Source: Calditrichales bacterium
GTDB taxonomy: Bacteria > Calditrichota > Calditrichia > Calditrichales > J004
DNA length: 64,000 nt
Reading direction: 5' to 3'
Assembly (NCBI GenBank): GCA_965267575.1
Contig: OZ254086.1
Span: forward strand, 1,120,001-1,184,000
Positions 48,257 to 57,797 of the stretch are shown one piece after another. Position 1 is the first letter of the stretch. Each line of letters begins with the position of its first letter. The notes beneath the pieces were generated by a model, which saw only the letters and a list, made by a program, of their open reading frames with translations, did no database searches and was not told the origin of the DNA. The translations under genes and the position numbers were made by a program.

Positions 48257-49972
48257 ATGAAAAGCCTGGTCCTTTTTATATTGCTAATTATTTCGCCCTT
48301 GACAGTTATGGCTCAGGATTCTACGTGGCAGGTGATGGATGTTAATAAATTTAAACTTTCTTTTGACAACGAAGGGGGGATGGGACCCTGGGCTACCCCG
48401 CAATGGTATGACAGCCAATACAACGGATTTGATTTAATTTATAGCGGTGGATTTTGTATTAGCGGAAAAACAGAAGATAGCTTGTGGGCGAACGGAAGGG
48501 GTGGTTATATCCGCTATGGAAGCTATCTTTCAGATAGTCACTACAGGCCCGGCGTTATTGATAACTCACCCGGTTACAACGATACAGCGTTGTTTGTACT
48601 GCGATCATCGGATGCGGCTTTTTCGGAAAGCTGGCAAAATTGGCGCGAAGCGGTCAAACTGGGTGCGTACTTTTATGATGGCGATGGTGACGGGGTTTAT
48701 GATCCTGTAGACAGAAACAGTAACGGACAGTGGGATGAAAATGAAGACAGGCCGGATCTGCTCGGTGATATAACGTTGTGGTCTGTCTATCACCAGTTTC
48801 AAAGCTTTTACAGCAATACTGTCTGGGGTATCGAACTGCGCCAAACGGCTTTCGCCTGGGCCGGTGACAGCATCAAGGCGGATGGCAACACTATTTTTGT
48901 CCGTTACGAATTATCCAATACCGGCGCTCAAAGCGATATATTGGATTCTGTATATTTTGGCCCGACGCTGGACATCGATATCGGTTATCATGAAGACGAC
49001 CTTTCGGGCTGCGATCCTGAAGAGCAAAGGGTTTTTACATATAATGAAGGAGATGACATCTATTTTGGGACTAAGCCGGCCGTACTGATGATGGATTTGT
49101 TACAGGGCCCCCAGACATACATTCCGGGCGAAACCTATGTGGATAATAATGGCAACGATTTATTTGACCTGGATGTTGACACACCATTAAAAGAAGCGCA
49201 GTTGAAAGGCGGTCCGCAGCGGGGCTTGATAAGCAGGCCCGGCAGCGCTCCAATGAAAGTACGGGCAGTAACGGCGTTTTTAGATAATCATCCACAAATT
49301 GGTGATTTATTTACAAAAGAAGAAATTGACCATTACTTGAAAGGTGGGCTATTGAGACATGGCGACTCTATTGATGTAGCTAACTGGGGTCTCGGAAACG
49401 GGTCAACTTTGGGAAGCGCGGCGGATACAATTGATCCTCGTTTCATGTATTCCGGTGATCCTGTAAGCGGAGAAGGCTGGTTAAATAACGTCGCCAGTGA
49501 CACAAGGGTAATGATCTCAGCCGGCCCGTTCAGGCTAGAAAAGGGCAATCCTGTTGAGGTTATCGTCGCTTATACCGTGGGTCATGGCGACGGCCCCATA
49601 AACAGCATAAGTGCCGCCCGCGTTTTTAACGACGCTATTCAGCAGGCCTACGAAAGCAATTTTACAAACATGCCCACGTCCATTGAAGCCGCTAAGCCAA
49701 AGTCTGCCCACACAATGGAACTATATCAAAATTATCCCAACCCGTTCAACCCTTCCACCACAATTGTGTACGAATTGCCCCGTCGCCAGCATGTTACAAT
49801 CATCCTGTTTGACAATACCGGGCGCAAAGTGGCCACTCTGATTGACGCTTTAAAAAACCAGGGTCGTCACGTGCTGGAGTTTAGTGCCGCGCACCTGGCC
49901 AGCGGCGTCTACTACTACCGCCTGGATGCAGGCGGCCACAGCCAAACGCGCAAGATGGTATTGTTGAAGTAA
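48257..49972 (+). CDS. Secreted protein Y2 (paralog of Y1) with T9SS CTD
   Basis: Long stretches identical to Y1, with a diverged N-terminus and one internal patch; AGGAGG RBS. Confidence 0.85.
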   Translation: MKSLVLFILLIISPLTVMAQDSTWQVMDVNKFKLSFDNEGGMGPWATPQWYDSQYNGFDLIYSGGFCISGKTEDSLWANGRGGYIRYGSYLSDSHYRPGVIDNSPGYNDTALFVLRSSDAAFSESWQNWREAVKLGAYFYDGDGDGVYDPVDRNSNGQWDENEDRPDLLGDITLWSVYHQFQSFYSNTVWGIELRQTAFAWAGDSIKADGNTIFVRYELSNTGAQSDILDSVYFGPTLDIDIGYHEDDLSGCDPEEQRVFTYNEGDDIYFGTKPAVLMMDLLQGPQTYIPGETYVDNNGNDLFDLDVDTPLKEAQLKGGPQRGLISRPGSAPMKVRAVTAFLDNHPQIGDLFTKEEIDHYLKGGLLRHGDSIDVANWGLGNGSTLGSAADTIDPRFMYSGDPVSGEGWLNNVASDTRVMISAGPFRLEKGNPVEVIVAYTVGHGDGPINSISAARVFNDAIQQAYESNFTNMPTSIEAAKPKSAHTMELYQNYPNPFNPSTTIVYELPRRQHVTIILFDNTGRKVATLIDALKNQGRHVLEFSAAHLASGVYYYRLDAGGHSQTRKMVLLK

Positions 49973-50006
49973 GCCTAAGGATTATAAAAACCTGGCCAAA
50001 ATCATA

Positions 50007-50132
50007 AGATCCCGGTGTGGCTAAGTCGCCAACCGGGATGACATTCTTAACTCATTTCCCATCATCCTGAACTTGTTTCAGGATCTTTTTTCCCCCGCCT
50101 GTGATAGATGCTGAAACAAGTTCAGCATGACG
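50007..50132. repeat. Cluster of GTCAT-type REP-like palindromes
   Basis: GATCCCGGT...ACCGGGATGACA; ATCATCCTGAACTTGTTTCAGGATCT; AGATGCTGAAACAAGTTCAGCATGACG (the last two are an inverted pair). Confidence 0.75.
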
Positions 50133-50217
50133 ACCGGGCAAAAATTCTTCGTTGCCTCGCTGCCCTTTGGCCTGTATCTTCCCGAACTTTTATTTTTAAC
50201 CATCCGGAGTATTTGTC

Positions 50218-53200
50218 ATGCGTCGTTTCCTGTTTGTTTTGCTTGTGCTTTTTATCGGATTTGCCATTGCCAAAAAACAGCCGGCCCACCGCCACCTGGA
50301 GATTTTGCCGCAAGAAGTTTTGGGTGAGCTTCAGCAATCTGCGCTTACCGTGCAAAGCCTGCCGATTATGGCAACGGGTTATTATCCGGCGCAAGGTTCC
50401 CCCGAGGAGATGGCCTGGCAGTACCTGGAAAATAATGCCTCGCGCCTGGGCATAAGCCGGCCGCAGGAAACGCTGAAACACTACGCCACGCGCCAAACAC
50501 TGGCCGGGCAGCGTGTCCGTTTTAAGCAGGCCTGGAAGGGATATCCCGTTTATGGCGCATCTGTGGTTGTCACAATTAATAACCGCGGCGAAGTCAGTTT
50601 TGTCAGCAATGGCACCCGCTCCCTGCCGACAGTTGTTGAAGCCGTAAAAATGACGCCGCAACAAGCCATCGACATGGCGCTGAAACACCTGGGCGCTTCA
50701 GCTGAAACCGATTTTCTGGAAGCGGAGACGGTTGTCTTTGCCTGGGGCAATGATGCTTTCCTTGCGCAGCGTGTCCGCGTGTTACCCAGGGACGGCGCGC
50801 GTGGTGACTGGGAATTTATAATCCATGGCGCGGACGGCCGCATTGTGCTGGCGCAAGACCGTGCCTGCTATGCCGGAGAGAATGATGGCCGCGGATGGGT
50901 CTACGATCCCGACCCGATCACACGTTCCGGCGCGGATTACGGCACGGGCGGGTTCCGCGACAACGGCGATAGCGACAGCGAGGCCCTTACCGCCCAGCTT
51001 GTGGAGGTCGATCTGCCGGTTACTTTTCAGGACAGCCTCTACCAGCTTAAAAGCCCGTATGCGCATATCGTTGATTACGAATCGCCGCTGACCGGCCTGC
51101 ACGCCCAGGACAGCGCGCACTTCTTTTTTACCCGCAGCCAGGACGGCTTTGAGGCCGCGAATGTCTTCTACCATATTCACCATTCCATGAAATATATAAA
51201 CGAAACGCTTGGCATTGCGCTGATGCCTTTTCAATATGAAGGCGGCGTGCGCTTTGATCCGCATGGCCTGAACGGCGAGGACAACGCCTGGTATGTCAGT
51301 TCGCGCGGTTACGTGGCCTTCGGGGACGGCGGCGTGGCCGATGCCGAAGACCATGATGTTGTCATCCATGAGCTGGGACATGGCATTCACGACTGGATCA
51401 CGGATGGCGCGCTTTCCCAAGTGGACGGTCTGAGCGAGGGCGCTTCGGACTATTGGGCGCAATCCTACAAACGCTCGCTGGGTTTTCTGCTGCCGGGCGA
51501 TGCCAAGTACGATTGGGTTTTCAGCTGGGACGGTCACAACGAATTCTGGGATGGCCGCATCACCAACACCAACGCGCACTACCCCGAGGACCTGGTTGAC
51601 CAGGTACACACAGACGGCCAGATGTGGTCGGCATCACTGATGCAGATATATGACCAAATCGGGCGCGAGGCTACGGATATACTGTTCCTGGAAGGCATGT
51701 CCATGCTCAACGAGCGCAGCAGCCAGCGCGATGCCGCCTACGCTTTCATCCAGGCCGATCGTGACCTCTACGGCGGCGCGCACCTGGATGTCATCCTGGA
51801 AGTGTTTGCCAACCGCGGCTACATCAGCGACCCCGTTACCGTGCTGTTTGATGCCGATAGAAGCGGCGGCCCGGCCGGAATGACCGTAAACTTTACCGAT
51901 TTTTCTTTTGCCTGGCCGGACACCATCACGAGCCGCGCCTGGGATTTTGACGCCGACGGCACTGTCGATTCAAACGAGAAAAACCCCTCCTTCACCTACA
52001 ACGAACCCGGCCTGTACAGCGTCATCCTCAGTGTATCGGACGGTAGCAACAGCAGCAGCGACACCTTATACGACTTTGTCTCGGTCAACGCCGGTGTTTA
52101 TGTCTGGGAAGGCGTTAAAAATAACAGCGCCAACAGCGGCGTCTACATCCGCGAAACGCTGGAGCGTATGGGGCTGCAACCGGCCTACTCGCGCTCGGAC
52201 AAGCTGCCTTCATCGCTCGTGGGCTACGACGCTGCCTTTCTGAGCTTTGGCAATCGCGGCAACGGCAGCCGCAGACTGGAAGACTCCACCGCGGCAATCA
52301 TAAAAAATTACTTAAAAAGCGGCGGTTACCTCTACATGGATGGCGGCGACATACTGGGCCATGACCGCGCCTCCGACGGGGAACTGCTGCAGCTGCTGGG
52401 CCTGGAAAGCGTGGAAGACGGACAGACGACGCCTGTCACCATGTTGCGGGGCAGCGCGGGCAGCCTGGCGGATTCGCTTGAGTTTCGCGGCTCCGGGCAG
52501 GGCTCTTTCAGTTCTATTGATCGTTACACGGCCCAAAGCTCCGGCGATCTGTTGTTTGAGCAGCCGGGGTACGGGACAGTGGCCGTGGCCCACGAAGATT
52601 CCGCGGGTCACAGGAGCGTTGTTTTCAGCTACGCCATGGGCGCTTTGGCCGACAGCCTTTTTCCGCATACGCGTGAGGACCTGCTTTTCCGCATTGCGCA
52701 GTTTTTTGAACTGGAGACATCACCTCTGGCCCGTTTCAGCGTATCGCCCAACAGCGGTCATGCGCCGCATACGGCCATTTTTTACGACCAATCGCTGATT
52801 GCCGGCAGCAAGGATAATTTAACCTGGAGCTGGGACCTGGATGGCGACGGCCAGGACGATGCCATGGGGCAGCAGGCGCAATTCACCTTTGATGAGGCCG
52901 GTCGCTATGACGTCCGCTTGACCCTGCAGGATAACGGCACGCCATACAGCAATACCGTGCCGCAGGCCGTGCGCGTCTTCAACGGCGAGAGCGCCCTGCG
53001 TTTCAGCAACCAGTATTTTGAGGCGCAGGCCGACAGCCTCAACATCACTGAGGCGCTGACGATCGAGTTCTGGTTTTACCCAGAGGATTGGGGGCCGGAG
53101 AGCAACGGCAACGCGCGTATTCTGGATAAGGAGTATCTGCGTGTTTTCCTGAGCAAAAACCGCTTTGCCCGTTACAACGCCGAAAGCCTGGTTTTCTACA

Positions 53201-53949
53201 TGGAGCACGACAGCAGTACCAGCATGTACAGCACGCCGGCCAACACGATCGCGCTGAATGAATGGCAGCACGTTGCCATCACGTATGACGGCGCCACGTC
53301 ACAGCCGCGCATCTATCTGAACGGTGAAGAGCAAACCGTCAAGCGGCTCTTTTCCGACGCCGAGGGCCCGATCAAAAATCACGGCGAATTTCCGCTTTAC
53401 CTGGGTATGGCACAGGACGGCTCCAAGCAGTTCAGCGGCGCTATCGATGAGCTGCGTTTCTGGAATGTGGCGCGCACGCCGCAACAAATAGCCGAGCACT
53501 GGAACCGCTACCAGCCGCAGGAACGAGACGGCCTGGTGGCCTACTGGCAAATGAACGAAGCCTTCGGTGATACCCTGACGGATCTTAGCAACGGGATCAG
53601 TGCCATCGTGCGCAAAGCGGAGTGGGTGGAGGGAAAACCCGACCTGCTGCCCGTGCCGCTGTTAGCAGAAAATGCCAACCGCCTGAAGCAATTCAAGCTC
53701 TACGCCAACTATCCCAATCCGTTTAACCCGCAAACCACGGTGCGCTATGATGTGCCGCGGGCCGGCGACGTAACTCTTGCGCTTTTCGACGTTCTTGGCA
53801 GGCGGGTTAAAACGCTGGTAAGCGGCAGGCACAACCCGGGCTCATATAAAATCGTTGTGGACGGGTCGAGGCTTTCCAGCGGTATTTATTATCTTCGCAT
53901 GCAGGCCGGTACTTTTATGGAAACGCGCAAAGCGGTGTTGATTAAGTAA
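50218..53949 (+). CDS. M36/M4-like zinc metalloprotease with FTP/PepSY propeptide, two PKD, LamG and T9SS CTD
   Basis: VRFKQAWKGYPVYG; HELGH...GLSEGASDYWA; VHTDGQMWS; PKD WDFDADG and WDLDGDG; LamG WQHVAITYDG...GAIDELRFWN; ANYPNPFNP. Confidence 0.9.
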   Translation: MRRFLFVLLVLFIGFAIAKKQPAHRHLEILPQEVLGELQQSALTVQSLPIMATGYYPAQGSPEEMAWQYLENNASRLGISRPQETLKHYATRQTLAGQRVRFKQAWKGYPVYGASVVVTINNRGEVSFVSNGTRSLPTVVEAVKMTPQQAIDMALKHLGASAETDFLEAETVVFAWGNDAFLAQRVRVLPRDGARGDWEFIIHGADGRIVLAQDRACYAGENDGRGWVYDPDPITRSGADYGTGGFRDNGDSDSEALTAQLVEVDLPVTFQDSLYQLKSPYAHIVDYESPLTGLHAQDSAHFFFTRSQDGFEAANVFYHIHHSMKYINETLGIALMPFQYEGGVRFDPHGLNGEDNAWYVSSRGYVAFGDGGVADAEDHDVVIHELGHGIHDWITDGALSQVDGLSEGASDYWAQSYKRSLGFLLPGDAKYDWVFSWDGHNEFWDGRITNTNAHYPEDLVDQVHTDGQMWSASLMQIYDQIGREATDILFLEGMSMLNERSSQRDAAYAFIQADRDLYGGAHLDVILEVFANRGYISDPVTVLFDADRSGGPAGMTVNFTDFSFAWPDTITSRAWDFDADGTVDSNEKNPSFTYNEPGLYSVILSVSDGSNSSSDTLYDFVSVNAGVYVWEGVKNNSANSGVYIRETLERMGLQPAYSRSDKLPSSLVGYDAAFLSFGNRGNGSRRLEDSTAAIIKNYLKSGGYLYMDGGDILGHDRASDGELLQLLGLESVEDGQTTPVTMLRGSAGSLADSLEFRGSGQGSFSSIDRYTAQSSGDLLFEQPGYGTVAVAHEDSAGHRSVVFSYAMGALADSLFPHTREDLLFRIAQFFELETSPLARFSVSPNSGHAPHTAIFYDQSLIAGSKDNLTWSWDLDGDGQDDAMGQQAQFTFDEAGRYDVRLTLQDNGTPYSNTVPQAVRVFNGESALRFSNQYFEAQADSLNITEALTIEFWFYPEDWGPESNGNARILDKEYLRVFLSKNRFARYNAESLVFYMEHDSSTSMYSTPANTIALNEWQHVAITYDGATSQPRIYLNGEEQTVKRLFSDAEGPIKNHGEFPLYLGMAQDGSKQFSGAIDELRFWNVARTPQQIAEHWNRYQPQERDGLVAYWQMNEAFGDTLTDLSNGISAIVRKAEWVEGKPDLLPVPLLAENANRLKQFKLYANYPNPFNPQTTVRYDVPRAGDVTLALFDVLGRRVKTLVSGRHNPGSYKIVVDGSRLSSGIYYLRMQAGTFMETRKAVLIK

Positions 53950-54257
53950 CATTTTTGGGTGCCTGGACAAAACGCATCAGGCAAGGAGACGTAAAATTAA
54001 ATCGCTTGCGGTTGGTTACAGGCCCACTAGGGCCGACATGTCATAGAAAAGCACAACACCCAATATGTCTCAAGCCCCTTCGGGGCGATAGCCGAAAAAA
54101 CGCAACGCTCGCAGCGATGCTGTTTATTCAATTGGCGCTGATATACCTGCTATGACAGAACGCATGATTCTGAATATGAAAAAAATTTAATCCACTCTGT
54201 AAGAAAAACGGCTCTCCTTGTACTAAACAGGTAAACACACAAAACAAGGAGAAAGCC

Positions 54258-55163
54258 ATGTGCAGCAACAAGCGTTCTTTCGCTTCTTTTTTTATCCCTT
54301 TTTATATCATACTTGTTTTCCTGGTGATGGGCCGGGGCAAAGAGGCCTCGCCTTTTCAGGTGGAGGTTTACGGAACGGGCCAACCCATGCTGCTCTTGCC
54401 GGGAGCGCTTTGCTCCGGTGAGGTCTGGGATGAGACCGTGGAGTATTATAAGGACCGTTACCAGCTTCATGTAATTACCCTGGCCGGTTACGCCGGCACG
54501 GAGCCGCTGGCCGACGGCCCCTATCTTGAAACCTACAAAAGCGCTATTATTCAATACATTTATGACAATGATCTGCGCGATGTCATTCTTTTGGGCCACT
54601 CGCTGGGCGGCTTCCTGAGCATGTGGATCGGTTCGGAGATGGAGTCGCGGCTGGACAGGATAATGATCGTGGACGCGCTGCCTTTTCTGGCGCAGGTGTT
54701 TAATCCGGCAGCCACAGCTGGTTTTGATTCATCACGGGCCGAGGCTTATTTGCAGGCTAACACGTCCGCAGATGAACAGCAACTGGAGCAAAGCAAGCGC
54801 ATGGTCCTGGCTTCGATGATCAGCGATCCGCAGCGGATAGAGCAGGCCCTTACCTGGAGCTTGTCCAGCGACCCGCGTACCGAGGCCTACTCGATGACCG
54901 AGCTGATGAGCACCGATCTGCGTGATACAATCGCAGCCATAAAAGTGCCCGTGCTGGTGCTGGCCGCTTTTGTAGGAGAAAATCCGCAGATGCCGCAGTA
55001 CACGCGTGAAAGTACACGGCAGGTCTACGCGGCACAGTACAAGGCTGTAAACAATCTGACCCTGCATGTGGCCGATGGCGCACGCCATTTCATCATGTGG
55101 GATGATCCCGAGTGGTATTTTGAAAAAACAGACGCCTTTCTGGGCACCTACTCAAACCAGTAA
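54258..55163 (+). CDS. Alpha/beta fold hydrolase
   Basis: GTGQPMLLLPG, LAGYAG, nucleophile motif GHSLGG, ARHFIMWDDP. Confidence 0.9.
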   Translation: MCSNKRSFASFFIPFYIILVFLVMGRGKEASPFQVEVYGTGQPMLLLPGALCSGEVWDETVEYYKDRYQLHVITLAGYAGTEPLADGPYLETYKSAIIQYIYDNDLRDVILLGHSLGGFLSMWIGSEMESRLDRIMIVDALPFLAQVFNPAATAGFDSSRAEAYLQANTSADEQQLEQSKRMVLASMISDPQRIEQALTWSLSSDPRTEAYSMTELMSTDLRDTIAAIKVPVLVLAAFVGENPQMPQYTRESTRQVYAAQYKAVNNLTLHVADGARHFIMWDDPEWYFEKTDAFLGTYSNQ

Positions 55164-55174
55164 CAAAGAGCGCC

Positions 55175-55678
55175 ATGAAGAGCCGGGAAGAATTATTCAG
55201 GGAATTGCTGGAAGCCAACAACGACCGCATCGGGCGTATCTGTAAAGTGTACGCGGGTGACAGTGCCGATGACCTGTACCAGGAAATCGCCATCGCCGTC
55301 TGGCAGAGCATGCAGCGTTTCCGTGAAGATTCTTCCTGGCATACCTATATCTACCGTATCGCGCTCAACACAGCGCTGACCTTCGGCAAAAAGCAAAAAC
55401 GCCAAAAGGGCAATGCCGCCCCGCTACCCGAAGAAATCGCCGATGACACTAGTGGGAAGCTCGAAAAACTGGAAACGGAAAAACGGATGCGCCGGCTTTA
55501 CCGGGCCATCGGCCGGCTTCCGGATGACGACAAGGCGCTTATAACGCTCTACCTGGAAGACATGAGCTACAATGAAATCGCCGACATTACCGGCATCAGC
55601 GTCAACCACGTTGGTGTAAAAATCCACCGCCTGAAAAACCGTTTATCGCAAATGATCAGGATGCACAATGATGAGTGA
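55175..55678 (+). CDS. ECF RNA polymerase sigma factor
   Basis: DDLYQEI...W...FR...TYIYRIALNTAL (region 2); LYLEDMSYNEIADITGISVNHVGVKIHR (region 4). Confidence 0.93.
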   Translation: MKSREELFRELLEANNDRIGRICKVYAGDSADDLYQEIAIAVWQSMQRFREDSSWHTYIYRIALNTALTFGKKQKRQKGNAAPLPEEIADDTSGKLEKLETEKRMRRLYRAIGRLPDDDKALITLYLEDMSYNEIADITGISVNHVGVKIHRLKNRLSQMIRMHNDE

Positions 55679-56285
55679 TATGTTTGATGATCTGAAAAAG
55701 AACTGGCAAAAATCCACAGCGATGCCGGCGCTGAACGAGGCGCGTTACCGCGCGCTTCTGGAAAAGGCGCGAGGAAGCTATCGTTCCTACCGCCGTAAAA
55801 TTTTACGTGAAACCATTATGGTTACCGTTTCTTTTGTCATCACCTTTGCCGTATTCATCTGGATATGGCTGGCCTTCCCGGATCGCAGCGCCTGGTTTTA
55901 CAGCGGCATCCTTACCATCAGCGCCATCATGGTTGTCTACAACACCCTGTTCTGGCTGACCATCCGCAGCCAGAAAAAGGAAAACACGCTGGAAACACGG
56001 CAATTTGTCCAAGATGTTATCAAGAGGTTGCGATTACGCCTGCGCATTATGCACGTCGGGGTGCCCGTTTACACTGTCCTGCTGGCCATAGAGCTTACGC
56101 TTTATTACATGGATTTTGCCTACCGTTTTAACTGGTGGCAGAACCTGTTGCTGTTTGGTGTAACTTACGTCTATGCCTTTGGCATAACCTGGTTTTTCTA
56201 CCGCAAAAAAGAAAACGAACGCAACAGCGTCAAGAATCAGATCGCCGATTGGGAGGCACTGTTGCCTGAGCGCAAGGAACACTAA
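55668..56285 (+). CDS. Membrane protein, putative anti-sigma partner
   Basis: Overlaps the ECF stop; DDLKKNWQ N-terminus and four TM helices. Confidence 0.7.
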   Translation: MMSDMFDDLKKNWQKSTAMPALNEARYRALLEKARGSYRSYRRKILRETIMVTVSFVITFAVFIWIWLAFPDRSAWFYSGILTISAIMVVYNTLFWLTIRSQKKENTLETRQFVQDVIKRLRLRLRIMHVGVPVYTVLLAIELTLYYMDFAYRFNWWQNLLLFGVTYVYAFGITWFFYRKKENERNSVKNQIADWEALLPERKEH

Positions 56286-56363
56286 AAAGGCCCGTTTTTA
56301 GGCGGGCCATATTTCTTGCCATTAAACCTTGGGTTAAACTTTGCATTTATCCAGACTGTTGCA

Positions 56364-56482
56364 GACAACCCCTTAGTCCCCTTTTTTAAGGGTAAACAAT
56401 TTCTTCTCAGCTTAAAATCCGTCTTATTAATCACGATTACCCCCGGGTAGTTCCCCCTTAACAAGGGGGTAGGAGGTTGTCT
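56364..56482. repeat. Inverted pair of CCCCTT...AAGGGG-type palindromes
   Basis: GACAACCCCTTAGTCCCCTTTTTTAAGGGTAA and, on the minus strand, GACAACCTCCTACCCCCTTGTTAAGGGGGAA. Confidence 0.55.
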
Positions 56483-56496
56483 TTCACTCAGCAAGC

Positions 56497-57678
56497 TCAC
56501 TTCAAAAGCAGCATCTTGCGCGTAAGGTTAACGCCGTTGCCGCTCAGCCTGTAAAAATAAACCCCGCTTGGCAGGCCGGACGCGTTGAAAGCCACCGTAT
56601 GTTCACCCGCCGCCAGACGTCCTTCGGAAAGACGCGCCACGATACGCCCGTTGCCGTCATAAACCTGCAAGGCAATCTCTGCCGCTTTGGGCAGGTAAAA
56701 GCCGATTGTCGTCTGCGGGTTGAAAGGATTCGGGTAGTTGGCATGGAGCCTTATATCGCTGGGCAGATTCGGCTTTAGATCATCACCAATCGAAACGGCC
56801 GTGCCCTGCGGGACGATCTCTTCAACGATATCCACGGAAGCCGAATTGGAATCGATGCCACCAAGAACATAGAGCCCGCCTTCATATTCCGCCGTGGCCA
56901 TCCAGTGCCTCTTTCCGCTGATCTCCAGGCTGTCCAGTTTCCAGGTATTGCTTTCGATATCGTACACGATAACGCTTCTGTAATGCGCGGAAGAGTTGCC
57001 ATTCAGATTCCCTCCAACACAGTAAACATCGTCATTGATGATGCCCATGGCGGCGGCGCCCACCTGGTAAAGCGACTTGGACAATGCAGTCCAGTTGTCA
57101 GTTGCCGGTGTATATTTCATAAATACGGAATCGTTATAACCAATCACATAAACTTCATCCTGAAACAGAACCGAACTGAGATCGCGCGTCCCGGAGACAC
57201 CGGCATTGGTTTTGGTCGTCCATTCATTCAAGCTGATGCTGTACTCGAACACATTTCCTGCCGGGTCAAACAGGTAAATAAATCCATCAAGGTATTCCGC
57301 GGAAACTCCCCAGTCGTAGGTGTTGGGGCTTTCCGCCAGGTCGGTAGTCCAGTTGCCCGTCGGGATATGATATTTTCTGTTTCTGGCCTGGCCGTCATTC
57401 CAGCCGCTCAACAGGTAAACTTCATCTCCAACCAGCACGGTTTCCACATCCCACATGTAGTAGTCCGGGATGCTGTCGTGGTAGGCCCATTGCTGTCCGT
57501 CAAATTTATAAATGCGCGGATAGAGGACGCTGCCTCCCCAATTGTTGGATCCGCCAAAATAATAAATATTGCTGTTGTGTACTTCCGCCGAGCCGGCCCC
57601 GATGGGTATGGGCAAAGGCGGCAATTCCTGGGCCGCGAGAAAACAAAAAGCTAACAAAGAAAACGTAAACGATCGCAT
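56497..57678 (-). CDS. Secreted Kelch-repeat protein with T9SS CTD
   Basis: IYYFGG, VYLLSG, VYVIG, VYCVGG, LYVLGG Kelch blades; ANYPNPFNP; AAGGAGG before ATG 57678. Confidence 0.88.
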   Translation of the reverse strand: MRSFTFSLLAFCFLAAQELPPLPIPIGAGSAEVHNSNIYYFGGSNNWGGSVLYPRIYKFDGQQWAYHDSIPDYYMWDVETVLVGDEVYLLSGWNDGQARNRKYHIPTGNWTTDLAESPNTYDWGVSAEYLDGFIYLFDPAGNVFEYSISLNEWTTKTNAGVSGTRDLSSVLFQDEVYVIGYNDSVFMKYTPATDNWTALSKSLYQVGAAAMGIINDDVYCVGGNLNGNSSAHYRSVIVYDIESNTWKLDSLEISGKRHWMATAEYEGGLYVLGGIDSNSASVDIVEEIVPQGTAVSIGDDLKPNLPSDIRLHANYPNPFNPQTTIGFYLPKAAEIALQVYDGNGRIVARLSEGRLAAGEHTVAFNASGLPSGVYFYRLSGNGVNLTRKMLLLK

Positions 57679-57797
57679 TGTGACCTCCTTATTATACAAC
57701 GAAGAAGGTGCAGCTACGCAAGATTTCCGGCGGTGAGATAAAGCAAATTTTTGAGCTAAATTTCCCACTTCACCAAAAACAGCGTTCTTTAAAGCCT

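Noticed and set aside
43349-49972. Diversity-generating retroelement explaining X/Y variation
   Set aside because: No reverse transcriptase in the window, and differences are not confined to adenines of a template repeat.
50108-50455. ORF beginning MLKQVQHD
   Set aside because: This is translation of the REP-like palindrome ATGCTGAAACAAGTTCAGCATGAC running into another frame of the protease gene.
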